Below are positions 1 through 14,610 of a DNA stretch of 64,000 nucleotides, piece by piece (the stretch's first letter is position 1; every line of letters begins with the position of its first letter). Below the pieces are notes generated by a model that was not told the DNA's origin, ran no database searches, and worked only from the letters and a program-made list of their open reading frames with translations. The position numbers and the translations under genes are program-made. Source of the DNA: the human T2T-CHM13v2.0 reference genome, Homo sapiens; assembly GCF_009914755.1 (NCBI RefSeq), contig NC_060927.1. One strand, 5' to 3'.

Positions 1-104
1 TCCTCCAGGAGTCATGGTTTAGTACTCGCTGGCTCAGTGTTCACAGTGGATTTATGGAACGTAACTACCACAAATAATGAGACGAGGCTATCTTACAAAT
101 GTAA

Positions 105-275
105 TCACATGACTCTGGGATTCACTTTAAAATAATCTGGGATGAGGAGCAGTGATGGGGGATAAACAGCAAAAGACAGGCCATAGATGATGATAGTTAA
201 AATTGCGCAATAAATATTTAGGGTTTCATTGTACTCTACTCTTGTGTATCTTTGAAATATTCCATAATAAAAAGT
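105..275 (+). mobile_element. Ancient L1M (L1MC/L1ME-type) 3' end fragment
   Basis: Ends in ...tttgaaatatttccataataaaaagt, typical of old L1M 3' termini; subfamily uncertain. Confidence 0.55.
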
Positions 276-299
276 CATAAAAATAGAGTAGATAAATGG

Positions 300-1245
<946 letters not shown>

Positions 1246-1248
1246 CTA

Positions 1249-1560
1249 CAGGTTGAGTAGCCCTGTGTTTCAAATTTCAGATTTTTTCAGGTTTTGAAGC
1301 ATTTGCATATACATAATGAGATAACTTGGGAGGGTGCCCAAGTGTAAGCCCAAAATTCATGTATGTTTCATATGCACCTTATACACATAGGCTGAAGGTA
1401 ATTTTAGACAATATTTTTTACTAATTTTGTGCATGAAACAAAGCTTATGTTAGTACCTATGTGTGAAGTTTTCCACTTGTGGCATCATGCCTTCACTCAA
1501 AAACTTTTGGATTTTGGAGCATTTCGGATGTTGGACTTTCAGATTAAGGATGCTCAATTG
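1249..1560. mobile_element. Tigger4 (ZOMBI/MER46)-family DNA transposon, internally deleted
   Basis: TA-caggttgagtagccct ... aaggatgctcaattg-TA termini; body matches recalled Tigger4 consensus (tatacacataggctgaaggtaatttt). Confidence 0.8.
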
Positions 1561-4179
1561 TATCTTGTTTATTTTTGTGCTTCCTCAGTCTCCCTTCACT
1601 AAAATAAAAACACCATTAAGTGCAAGAACTTCAGCCATCTGGTCCACTGATATACCTCTGGCACCTGGCAGAGAGCCTGGCACATAGTAGGTGCTTAGTG
1701 ATACTTGTAGAAAAAATTAGCTGCACAGCTTGTCTCTGCTTGAATGTTGGCATGCACAATTCTAGCGTTACCTATTATTTTGTCCAGTCTTTAAATTCCT
1801 GACCCAAGGTGTGAAACCACTTGCCTGTGTTCAAAGAACAGGTTAAGTGGCAAAACCAGGTTTTAGACCCAAGTCCTCTGATTCCAAATTTGGAGCCAGA
1901 TTCCAGAAGAATTCTCCATTCTAATCCCACCTTCTTCCTACAAGTCAAAGAACCGAGTTAACTGGTGTCTTCAATCAATTGATTACAGTATATCTATTAA
2001 AAGGCCTACCAAGAACCACTTTTGTCTCATTTTTAATGACTTCCAAAGATTCCCACAAACTCTCACTAACGTTCATATTCAAGTTTTCTGAAAATCCTTA
2101 TTCTTGTATGCCAGCTAAGATCTTTTCACCTTCATAAATCTCTGCCACAATTAGCCCATTATCAGATCAATATCCTCATCATGATTTATCTCTGTAGCAG
2201 AGTAGTGAATAAGACTAGGGAGTCAGATTTACCTTCTTAGCAGCTCTCCTGCCCTGAATTAAACAGGATGCCCCAGCATGTTGCCTTCTGCTACAAGCTT
2301 TAGTGTCTGTCTGTAAACAAACCCAAGTAAGGTTGAAAAGCACTCCTTATGAAGTAAGATAGCCAGAGAGTGACAGGGATGCCACACCAGAGAAGCTGAG
2401 CAGTCTGCCCCTGGGCAGCATCCAGTCTGCCACCCACCAGCTGGTCAGAACTAAGGCAGGACAGAGGGACACAGGAGATGGCCTGGATCACAGTTCTCAA
2501 AACAGTATGACTTCACTCCAGGGTGCCAAGAAAGGCACCAAAAATAAAAACTAGTAACAACAAAAACCCAAAGCCTGCAAATCGGAGTTGCTTTCTACCT
2601 ATAAATAGAGCAGATTATCTGCATAATATCCAGTTCACTCCTTAGTATGCGAGCCAACGCACACTCTGAAGAGTCCTGGCTAAGGGGTTGAGAGCCCAGT
2701 TTTGGAGGGTGTGTTTAAAACAACCGAGTTCAAGTTCCAGCTCCTTCACAACTCACTGTGCCATGACTTTTTCTAAGCTCAGTTTCCAATCTTTACATAT
2801 CTAAATCAATACATATCTAAAGTGGAGGTAAGCTCTATTTCTGAGCATTGTATACATTTTAAGTGTGATGATATGCATACCAGGCTTAGTACTGGTACAT
2901 GTAACTCCTTGATAAATTGTTTCATGGTTATTGTTACATCTCAAAAGACAGAGCAGAATCAGTCAGAAGTGCAAGAGAAGAGTAAGGATTAATGGAAAAG
3001 GGGTTGGAAGAAGAGACTCACTTTTTCTATGTAATGAGAGTCAGCACCGTGCTTGATGACAATAGCACAGAGGGACAGAGACAATCCCAAGAACACAAAA
3101 TACAGATGTGTCTACCATCAGGGATAATTCAACTATGTCCAGTAAAATGTTTATAGGAGTACAAATAAAGTCTGCCGGTTTTTGGTGTCTACTACACATT
3201 TGGCACATTTCACACATCTTTTTTAATACTCATAACATACCTGACGCTCAGAGGAGACACAAGGATTGCCCTGGGATTCCAGACTAGTGAGTGATAGAGC
3301 TAGGCTGCAAACCCAACACTCCCCTGGACGCTGAATAAATGTCTTTTCCAGAACAGCATGTTTACTTGAAACTAGTATTTCAAATATGGCAATAAGAAAA
3401 CTTTCAATTACATTTCATAAAACAGAACAATCTATGTCATGCTGCTTATGAGGACTCAATAACCTTACTTAAAAGATAACCCATCTAAACGGGTTAATTA
3501 ACCATTTAAATACCAAGGCCATGATGAATGTTGGCTTTAGATCTTTAAAGGGCCTGCTTCTGAATTCTGTACCTGTTTTGCTAGACTGAGACTCCTGCAT
3601 TCACACCCACTCAGACTGTCTCACCAAAGAACAGACTGTGCTCTCCTTTCCAGACCTTTTCACTCTGCAGCTAAAGAGGAATGTCTAGGACTAAGCCCCA
3701 CAAGCTATACAAACTCCTGACACAGCGCCAGGGGCACATTCACCTCTGCCCACGCTGTAACCGGTTTGATGGATGGCTTTGGATGACATTCAGAATGGGC
3801 ACCAGCTTTCAGAAGGAGGGCTGATAAAGCAGCCTCTTTAGAAACATAGACCCCAAAGGCTCCTAATGGGCATACACAGGTGCCCACCACATAGAGTTAT
3901 AGAAAATAAGTTGAAAAGTCTGAGTGAGAACTGATACTAATGAAATATGTTTAAAGCTAACAAAAAATGTTTAATGTTTTAAATTAATTTAAGTACTGGT
4001 GCCAAAACAATGACATATGATGCGTGAAATGTCCCTGGTCAGGTAATTATACAAGAAGTCTATGGATGAAAGACTGTCTAACCAATTTTATCAAAAAACA
4101 GCAAAAGTTGAAGTAAGACTAGCACCTAATTTTTTCCCTCCTGAACTCTGTTACTAAACTTTGTTACAATAGCATTATG

Positions 4180-4472
4180 GGCCAGACACAGCGGCTCATG
4201 CCTGTAATCCCAACACTTTGGGAGGCTGAGGCAGGCAGATCACTTGAGGGCAGGAGTTCAAGACCAGCCCGCCCAACGTAGTGAAACCTCATCTCTACTA
4301 AAAATACAAAAATTAGCCAGGCGTGGCGGTGCCCACCTGTAATCCCAACTGCTCGGGAGGCTGAAGCAAGAGAATCACTGGAACCCAGGAGGCGGAGGTT
4401 GCAGTGAGCCGAGATGTGCCACTGCCCTCCAGCCTGGGTGACAGAGTGAGATTCTGTTTAAAAAAAAAAAAA
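4180..4472 (+). mobile_element. AluS (Sx/Sz-like)
   Basis: ggccagacacagcggctcatgcctgtaatccc...polyA; TSD-like aatagcattatg / aattgcattatg. Confidence 0.95.
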
Positions 4473-5284
4473 TTGCATTATGGAAAATTTTAGTTCCATC
4501 TCTTCCCCCAAGATAAACCACTAATGGTGCTAGGTATGCCTTTCAGAATGCAAGAATAAAAACAGGGTTGTTTGTTTGTTTGTTTTTTACTTTTTAACAA
4601 ACCACAGCCTAAGGGATTTCAGTTTAGGTCTCAAACTTCGTCCTTATTACGTTCTAGGAAATGTTCCTACATTTACATTACAGCACATTGTTAGTAGAAT
4701 AAAAAATGAGACTGAGGAATATCAAATTTAAAACTTGTCTATAATATCAAACACTCAACCAACAACCATTTGCTAAATAATTTCCAAGTGCTAGACCTGT
4801 GCTTGACACTGAGGAAACAAAGGTGAATACAACATGGTCCCTGTCCTCCAGAAGCTTCCAAAGTAGTGCTGGAAACAAAGAATGTATACTTTAGTATGAA
4901 AAAAAGACTATAATGGCTTTGGTATAGTGGCTTAAGAGAGCTACACATAAAATGTAAGTTGAGGGTAATATCAGGAAAAACAACTCAGAGATGAGGATTA
5001 CTCAGGATTTGATTAGAACTTTTCTAAGTGGATCCTCAATGTTATCACTTTTTCCAACGTAACCCAAGATATTCACTTTGAAGAGGGCTGTGAGATATCG
5101 GCATTTGCTAACAACACTGGTATTTAGCAAATACTCAACTAGGTATCAGTAAGTGTTTATTGACTGAATAGCTAAAAATTGTCAATATCCTCCCCCGACC
5201 CAAGAGATCAGAAGGTATTGGTGTTTCTGTTGTCAAGAGAAAGTCAGTGTATTTGCTGATTGATTAACCACTTTTATTAACCTT

Positions 5285-6135
5285 TAGTACTAATTTCCTT
5301 TCCTCCAGAACTCCTCCCCCTCCACTACTCCTTATCTCAATGAGTGACACCACCACCACCCAAGACAGAAACATAGCAGTAATCCTAACACCTTCTCACT
5401 CTCATTCTCACTCCCCATCTTTAACCCCACACCAAGTCTGCTCTTCAACTTCATTCCCACCCTTAGTCCCAGCCACCGGCATCTCCAGCCTTCTAACCTG
5501 TGCTCATCTATTGGGCCCTCCCTCCAACAATCTATTCTACTCTAGCAGCAAGATGGATGTTTTTACAATTCAAATCTGGTCATGTGACTCCCTTGCTTAA
5601 AACTATTACTAACTCCACACTGTTTTCAGAATACTACCAAAGATCCTCAGCATGGCTCCAAAGTCTACATGACCTGGCAGCTTCAGGTTGTACAACTCTT
5701 CCTCATTATTCAAGCATGAAACCACTGGTATTCTCTAAGTTGTTCCCATAAGCCAAACTTCCTTCTGTCCCAGGTCCTTTGAATATCTTCTTTCCTCTGC
5801 CTGGAACCCTCCTACCCAACTTAAAGCCCCATTTTTGACCCCAGGACAAATTTCACTTCCTGAGAAGAGCCTTCTCTTGACTCTCCATAGTAGATTCCTT
5901 CCTACACCCTAATTCTCCCCACTCACCTGCCTCCCAGCCCATTAGGCCCTCACAGTACTTTTCCTTCACTGAAACATAAACCCCTGAGGGCGGAAACTTT
6001 GTCTTTACCAGCATCTATAGTTTGTAATAACATACCGATGTCTGTTCTCCGTGCTCACCAAACTGTAAGTCTAATGAAGTCAGAGACTACGTCTAGTCCA
6101 TGATGTGCCTGCAATGAATACCTACTGAATCAGTC
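5285..6135. mobile_element. L2 fragments
   Basis: catgtgactcccttgcttaaaac and ttcctctgcctggaacc motifs; heavily decayed. Confidence 0.5.
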
Positions 6136-6989
6136 TGTTTCCCAACATGTAGAAAATAATGCTGTGCAGGACAAGGGCATATATTTTTATAAAAATATAT
6201 AATTTCCAGTGGTCAATTGATATGTAGTAAGGAAAAAAGTCATAAGATGAAAGGCTAGGGGCCTCTAGCTTAGAAAAATGTCCCTAAATAACAGAAAAAA
6301 AAAAAAACATGTATATCAGCAGGAGGTAGAAAGAGCATAAAGAGAGGATTCAGAAGTGGGCCAACCCCACTTCCATAACCCACAGGCTGTGTGACTTTAG
6401 GCTCTGTCACTTAACCTCTCAGTCAGCTTCCGCATCTATAAAACTAGAACAAAAACACTTACCTGCCCGCCTCAAGTGATAAGTTGAAGGAGAGACTTCT
6501 ATGTCAAAGGAAAAGAGTTATACAAAAGTAACAGGCCATTATCATATAGCCATGGAAATCATATCTTCTTATTCCTGCTGTTTGAGTGTTTCAAAGAATT
6601 TACCTCTGGGGACAACTCCAGATTTTTTTATTGCAGAGATGAAAGGACTCCTCAAAGGCAAATGAATTATCTAGTTCAACATACTGAGTCTGACCAAATT
6701 TTCCAGCAAATTACCATGCTTGGTATAGGCTCTCCATAGGGCAGATAGAACTTAACAGGATATTGTCCTTTCCTTGAATTCAAGAGTGATTGTTGAATAT
6801 AGTTTCTGAAGGTAGAGAAGCTAAATCTCTCTGACCTCCAAATCCTTTGGAAAACAGTGTGCTATTGAAACATAGTCTACAGGAAAAAGATGCCCATAAA
6901 AAGAGGTCACAATCTCTAACGCTTACTGGGGCAGGCAGGTAACATAAAGGTGAGAGGTGGTGCAAGTAGGCCTAAAGCATAAAAGAGAT

Positions 6990-7270
6990 GAAGGGAATAT
7001 ATAAAACTTCTCCAAATCAGAAGAAAAGGGGATGCTATTAATAATTATGCTAGGTCAGTGGGAACAAACCAAGCTGTCCCAGGAAAACCAGAACACAGAC
7101 TCACCCTGACACTGTGTAGCATGATCCTGCTGACATGGGACAGCTACTGCTCAGCTCCAGCTGACGTGGGAACACTAACCTACTCTTGACAAATCTTCCT
7201 ATTTTTCAAGAAAATGCAGAAATTTAGACTTTTATGTAAAATTTTTTTGATTTGAAATGTCAGCAAGTGA
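6990..7270. mobile_element. Short hAT-family MER fragments (MER96-like then MER58-like)
   Basis: gctattaataattatgct...ctgtcccaggaaaaccagaacac..tcaccct; then tttttcaagaaaatgcagaaatttagacttttatgtaaaat. Confidence 0.45.
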
Positions 7271-7310
7271 TTTTTTTTTTCCTTCTGCTGCTGCTTCTGC
7301 TTCGTAAACA

Positions 7311-7611
7311 TTTTTTTCTTTTTTTTTTCAGACAGAGTCTTGCTCTGTCGCCCAGGCTGGAGTGCAATGGTGCGATCTCAGCTCACTGTAAGCTCTGCCT
7401 CCTGGGTTCACACCATTCCCCTACCTCAGCCTCCTGAGTAGCTGGGACTACAGGCACCTGCCACCACACCTGGCTAATTTTTTTGTATTTTTGAGTAGAG
7501 ACGGAGTTTCACCATGTTAGCCAGGATGGTCTCGATCTCCTGACCTCATGATCTGCCCGCCTCAGCCTCCCAAAGTGCTGGGATTACAGGCATTAGCCAC
7601 CACGCCTGGCC
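7311..7611 (-). mobile_element. AluY-like
   Basis: Diagnostic aagctctgcctcctgggttcacaccattc and ttagccaggatggtctcgatctcctgacctc; TSD cgtaaacatttttt at 7303 and 7614. Confidence 0.95.
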
Positions 7612-10600
7612 CCCGTAAACATTTTTTATTATAGATATTAGCAGTTGGTTAGATTTTCTTTATCTACCCATGATGTTCATAAATCAGTGCATCCACTATA
7701 AATAAGAAAGAAGAATGTGTTAAAGCTTACTTATATTCTTCCACATAATAATCTTAGGAGCTACTGTTAAGCTTAGTATGCCATACAAAATATATATTTA
7801 GGAAGCCTACTTGTGCTCTGTCTTTAAGGATTTTCTGTATCATTATTCACCATCATCACCATCAGCAGAGTTATTGTTCTCCAAGGAGATATTCTCTGTA
7901 CCACTTTCTGCTTCGGTGGGAGAATCTTTGGTTGACTACCTTAATGAACACACATGTTGAGCACCTGCCATCTGTCAGGCACTGGGCTCTTTTGCATACA
8001 TTACCTCATTTAAACTACCCAACATTATGAAAGAAAGATTCTTACTATCCTTCACCTTACAGAAGAGAACTCACAGGCTCAAAGTAACAAAACAATTTAA
8101 TTTCCTGAACAGCAGACCTGGGATACAAAATCATCAATTCTTCACAAGTGACAAATTAAAAAAAGCTTAAAAGGGTATAAGGCTTAGAGGCAAGGAGAGG
8201 AGAAACGCATGAAAGCCCAAAAGTAAGGAGTGAGAGAGAAATATCCTCGACTGTCTGGCAGACAATAGGGCTCAACATTTGTTGAATTAATAAATGAACA
8301 TGTTTGTCCATTTGCAGTTGAGGTCTTGGCATCTGTCACGTAAACAGAGTGTGTTTGGAGATGAACACACCTGTGTTTGAACATCACTTTTACCATGCAT
8401 TGGAATGTGAATTTTAGTAGATATTTAACCTTGCTCACTTCATTCTCCCACCTATAAAATGGACATAACATCAACTTACAGGGCTGTTTTAAGAAAAAAA
8501 TGGAACACCTGTGAAACACCTAGCACACTGTATGGCTCATAGCAGAAACCCAATGAATATTTATTTCCTCCATTCCTCCTAGAAGGAAGGGAAAATATCT
8601 CTTGTTTTTCTTTTTTCCACTGGCTTTATTAGTTTTCTACAAAGATCTCTTACCTCCATCACATTTATCCCTATCCCATGCTTCATTTTTTACTTCCCTC
8701 CCCTTAACTGAATCTGTCTTACCACCAACAGGTCATCCCTCCCTGTCTTCTACCAGGAAGATTCCTCTCCCCACAATCCTTTTCCTGTAGGCTGGGGTTA
8801 AAAGGGGAGGACATTGATCCTCTCCAGGCTTCCAAATGTCAATTTCAGACCAGGCGTCCACAACCTTCCTTCAGCTATGAGAAAGCAAGTTCTTCAAGGG
8901 TCAGACTTATCCTCCTCATGTTGGTGAGACCCCCAGCCTAGTGTGTAGTCTGGTCAACAACAGACCTTAGTAGATGCCTGCTGAGGGGATGAACTTGCCC
9001 TTATGAACTATTTAAATATTTCTCTGATAAATCCCAACTCTGCATCTACCCAAGGCTCATAGGATAGATTTAGTCTTCTATTTATTCTGGAGAAATCCAA
9101 CATTAATGGGTAATGAATAAGCACCTATCTAGCTCCTAAGATTATTATGTGGAAGAATAAACATAAGCTTTAACAAGTTCTTCTTTCTTAACTATTACAG
9201 ATGCACTGATTTATGAACATAATGGGCAGGTAAAGAAAGTCTAACCAACTGTTAATATCTATAATAAAAATACATTTGACTACAGAACGATAGCATTGAA
9301 AGTCATAGAACACCTTATAAAGGCAGTTTCACTGTCAGCATGTATTTCATGGAGTAGAGCCATTAAAACTACTCTACGGTTAATGGTTAGGAAAATCAGG
9401 CTCATTCATTTAGAAAGATTCAAATGATACTCACATTCATAAAACCTCTAATGGAATAGCACATTCTTTCAACAAGGGTGGGGGCTTTGTTTAAACGTGT
9501 TCTACACCTGCACACCTATGTCTTTGCTCTAGAGAAACCCCTCTGATCTGAGGCTTATTTCGTGCTGTAAGGATCATGGCTGTGGCAAAGCAAGTAACTC
9601 TAAATGACATTGGATTTGCCTCAAATTTTATTTCCATTTGACCCCTAATACATCACTATACAACTTATAGGAATAATAATTATTTTTGGTCGAGGCAAAA
9701 CTAAAGCCAAAGTTTAAATATTCTTTGTTTAGATTTCTCAAGCTTGAGACAAAGATGTCAATTAAGCCCTAATAAAGCAAGTCTGTCACTGGTATAATTA
9801 ACACCTCAGTTGAAACCTGAGCCTCACTTCTCTCCTCCCTGCACAGCAACAAGGCAGTCATCGGAGACCCCTTGTCAAAAAAATTCCCAAAGTGGTAAAG
9901 GCAGAAAAACGTACCTGTAGTACCAAACATATGGCTGGGGATGGGGTAATCTCTCAAAGGGTTTTGAGTTGACGGCCTCACACACCTTGGAATATTGCTT
10001 CAATATGGCTGTGGGGTATCATTTTTCATCACTGTGCTGTGTGTACACTGGCCAATAAATATGCAATCCAGTGACCTGACAGAGGGAGACTTGGTAAACA
10101 TCACTAGGGCCTTGTCCAGGCTGTCTCAGAGGCCTGTGTGGTATTCAGGGTAAGGTAAATTGAATGATTTTTTGAGTCTGTGGCTGTTACAAGAAACACT
10201 ATTTTGAGGGAATACCAAGGCCTGTGGGCAAAATGAGTGGGATTCCTAGAAGGGAAAGTAAAGGGAAGAAAAGTCTTAAGATAAGACAGTGTGGCCTCCA
10301 TAGCAGTGTAGCAGAGTGTGCAGAAAAGGAGTCCAGGAGCCCTGTGACCATATCATGTAACAATGTTCTTGCTTGTCACACATCCTCTCCCCAAAGTTTC
10401 TGTCTCCTAGAAAGAAGTTGTAAGTGTCTGAATTATGCTAGGATAAATCTACTGTAGAAATGGTACACATAAATTTATATTTCTAGTTTTTATCAAGACA
10501 GACACAAAAACAGATTACGATGGTAACCTATCATGGCCATTGCAGATGTCAGATGATGCCCACCACACTTCCTCCTTAAAGCACTATCCTCTGAGGATAC

Positions 10601-12336
10601 AGAGGCTCAGAGATACTCAGAGCAGCTAAGCCTTCTAATCTTCTGAATTTTCCCTGAGAAAAAGCAAGCATATACTCCCACGTGCTACTACAAGTGGCCT
10701 GACTCCCCAGGCTCCTGCTGTGTTGACAAAATTCTGCAAGCACAAATGGACCTGGTCAGAAAGAGCCCTGGTTACTGTAATTCCCTAATAGTGACATTTT
10801 CCAATCTCTGCGTCGTGTTGATCACAAAGTTCCTCTGACAGTAGAGTGTTCTGATAGCAAACTGTTTCAGCTGCCATGGTGGGGGGAACCACAAACACAA
10901 AAGCTTGAGCAGAAATACAGCCTGAAAGGTTGACTTTTCATTTACTTCTATCTCTGGAGCTCATGGCGCTATAAGCTCCAGCATTAAATTTTAAGCATTT
11001 GATGCAGGAGGATCAAGGGGAAGCCTGGGAAGTGTTTGGCTTCATCGACCGCTGGTCTTGCTATGAATTTTCAGCAAGAAAAAGAGAGGCATTGTTTGAA
11101 GAGAATGTAACATTGGACAGAATTAAAGCATCTATTTCTGGAGATTTGTGAAATATCATTAGCAAATTTTAGTTCAGAGGGTATAGGCATATGACCCTCA
11201 AGAAGGTCAGTATTCACTAGAATATGGTTTGCTATAGCGATAGAAGTTAAATCTTTTTTTAACTACCTGCAGAGATGGAAAGAGACTGTGAGCTCTTTGA
11301 AATGTCTATGATCAGGGTGAAATACACATAATATTGTAAGTTAATAACACGGTATTTCATGTTAAATGAAGCCATAATGGGGCTTTTATTGTTAGGCATT
11401 CTGCCTGATAAATTGTTGACATGATAAATATAGATTAATAACCTGAAATATCTTTTTGCTCCCTCAGTCCTTCAAGTAATAGGAATTTGAAACACTTATT
11501 TTATAACTATTGTACAATTCCTTCTGTTTTTCAACAAAAGGTCATTTTTCTATAACTATGTAGACTAGTGCATGAGGAATTAGTCATTGAAAGAAATAGT
11601 TATATCAGTAATTAGAAGAAAGCAGTGCTTTACATTTGTTTTACTCCAGTTTTTTACTCATTCTTTCAAAAAGTTATTTCAGGAACCCCTACTATGTGCT
11701 ATGCTAAATGTTAGGTGGATGATGGTGACCAAACCAAACCAATCCCTGTTTCCATGGAACAAAAATCTTTGACAAACCTTGTTTCTTCAAGATAGAGCAA
11801 GGGTTGACACCCAGTGGCTCAGTGTCATGCTTGGAACAGAGGCTCACTGGAGCCTTCTCCTGAAACGGGAAACTTCCTGCAAGGACACATAGGATCTTGT
11901 GGGATCCGAAAAAAAAAAAGGATTAGGCATGGCCAGGCTTCCCAAGACCTGCAATGAACCCAGGGCAGCCATAAATCCCCACAGCCTGATTTTGCTCTTC
12001 TTACACAAGTTATCAGCCACTTCTAGGGCTCAGCTACTTTCTATTTGCCTGCTCTACATTCTTCTTGCTGCTACTCATCAATTATAGAGAAGCAGTGGAA
12101 GGTAATGGTGAACAAGCAGACTCTGAAGCCATAAAGCCCCACTTCAAATGCAAGCTTTGCCACCTACTACCTGTGTGACAGGAAGATGTTAATAAACCTG
12201 TATGTGCCTCAGTTTATTCTTCCACAAAGTGGAGATATTAATAAAATAATCCTCATAAAGTTGTTGAAAGATTCACTGACATAAATCACATAAACACTTA
12301 GTATGATACCTCTCAGGTAATAAGTCAAACACTGAT

Positions 12337-14610
12337 TGTATTAGTCCATTTTCATGCTGCTGATAAAGACATACCCAAGACGGGGCAATTTACAAAAGAA
12401 AGAGGTTTAATTGGACTTACAGTTCCACGTGGCTGGGGAAGCCTCACAATCATGGCAGAAGGCAAGGAGGAGCAAGTCACATCTTACATGGATGGCAGCA
12501 AAGAGAGAGAACTCGTATAGGAGAACTCCCCCTTATAATAACCATCAGATCTTGTGAGACTTATTTACTATAATTGAGAACAGCATGGGAAAGACCCGCC
12601 CCCATGATTCAATTACCTCCCACTCGGTCCCTCCCACAACACGTGGGAATTCAAGATGAAATTTGGGTGCAGACACAGCCAAACCATATCATTCCACCCT
12701 TGGCCCCTCCCAAATTTCATGTCCTCACATTTCAAACCAATCATGCCTTCCCAACAGTCCCCCAAAGTCTTAACTCATTTCAGTATTAACTAAAAGGTCT
12801 ACAGTCCAAAGTCTCATCTGAAAAAAGGCAAGTCCCTTAGGCCTATGAGCCTGTAAAATCAAAAGCAGGTTCGTTACTTCCTAGATACAATGGGGGTACA
12901 GCATTGGGTAAATACAGCCATCCCAAATGGGAGAAATTGGCCAAAACAAAGGGGCTACAGGCCCCATGCAAGTCTGAAATCCAGCAGGGCAATCAAATCT
13001 TAAAGTTCCAAAATAATCTCCTTTGACTCCATGTCTCACATCCAGGTCACGCTGATGCAAGAGGTAGGTTCCCATGATCTTGGACAGCTCTGCCTCTGTG
13101 GCTTTGCAGGGTACAGCCTCCCTCCCAGCTGCTTTCATGGACTGGTATTGAGTATCTGTGACTTTTCCAGGTGCCAGTGCAAGCTATCAGTGAGTCTACC
13201 ATTCTGGGGTCTGGAGGATGGTGACCCTTTTCTCACAGCTCCACTAGGTGGTGCCCCGGTAGGGACTCTGTGTGGTGGCTCCAACCCAACATTTCCCTTC
13301 TGCATTGCCCTAGCAGAGGTTCTCCATGAAAGCCCCACTCCTGCAGCAAACTTCTGCCTGGACACCCAGGTGTTTCCATACATCTTCTGAAATCTAGGTA
13401 GAGGTTCCCAAACCCCAATTCTTGACTTCTGTGTACTGGCAGTCTCAATACCAAGTGGCAGCTGCAAAGGCTTGAGGCTTGCACCCTCTGAAGCCATGGC
13501 CCGTGCTCTACATTGACCCGTTTCAGCCATGGCTAGAGCAGCTGGGACACAGGGCACCAAGTTCCTAGGCTGCACACAGCTGGGGCCCAGTCCACTAAAC
13601 CATATTTTCCTCCTAGGTCTCTGTGCCTGTGACAAAAGGGGCTGCTGTGAAGACCTTAGACATGCCCTGGAGACATTTTCCTCATTGTCTCGGGGATTAA
13701 CTTTCGGCTCCTTGTTACTTATGCAAATTTCTGCAGCCGGCTTGAATTTCTTCTCAGAAAATGAGATTTTCTTTTCTATCACATTGTCAGGCTGCAAATT
13801 TTCCAAACTTCTATGCTCTGCTCCCTTTAAAAAACTGAATGCCTTTAACAGCACCCAAGTCACCTCTTGAATGCTTTGCTGGTTAGAAACTTCTTCCACC
13901 AGATAACCTAAATCATCTCTCTCAAGTTCAAAGTTCCACAGATCTCTAGGGCAGGGGCAAAATGCCACCAGTCTCTTTGCTAAAGCATGAAAAGAGTCAC
14001 CTTTGCTCCAGTTCCCAACAAGTTCCTCATCTCCATCTGAGACCACCTCAGCCTGGACCTTATTGTTCATATCACTATCAGCATTTTTGTCAAAGCCATT
14101 CAACAAGTCTCTAGGAAGTTCCAAACTTTCCCACATTTTCCTCTCTTCTTCTGAATCCTCCAAACTGTTCCAACCTCTGCCTGTTACCCAGTTCCAATGT
14201 TGCTTCCACATTTTCAGGTATCTTTTCCACAGCACCCCATTCTACTGATACCAATTTACTGTATTAGTCTATTTTCATGCTGCTGATGAAGACATACCTG
14301 AGACTGCACAATTTACAAAAGAAAGAGGTTTAATGGGCTTACAGTTCCACATGGCTGGGGAAGCCTCACAATCATGCAGAAGGCAAAGAGGGGCAAGTCA
14401 CGTCTTACATGGATGGCACCAGGCAAAGAGAGAGCACTTGTGCAGGGGAACTCCTCTTTATAAAACCATCAGATTTCATGAGACTAACTGCCATGAGAAC
14501 AGCATGGGAAAGACATGCACCCATGACTCAATTACCTCCCACTGGGTCCCTCCCACAACATGTGGGAATTTAAGATGAGATTTGGGTGGGGACACAGCTA
14601 AACCATATCA
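12337..14610 (-). mobile_element. Complete THE1B-type MaLR retrotransposon (LTR-internal-LTR)
   Basis: LTRs 12337-12691 and 14260-14610 (tgtattagtc...aaccatatca), ~1.57-kb internal region, 5-bp TSD CTGAT at 12332-12336 and 14611-14615. Confidence 0.95.
13135..14235 (-). other. THE1 internal ORF remnant, 366 uninterrupted codons
   Basis: ORF track ...GRGWNSLEDSEEERKMWESLELPRDLLNGFD... is the known MaLR internal ORF; no evidence of expression. Confidence 0.75.

Noticed and set aside
4180-7611. Inverted Alu pair as a dsRNA or editing substrate
   Set aside because: Common genome-wide, ~2.8 kb apart, different subfamilies, no evidence of transcription
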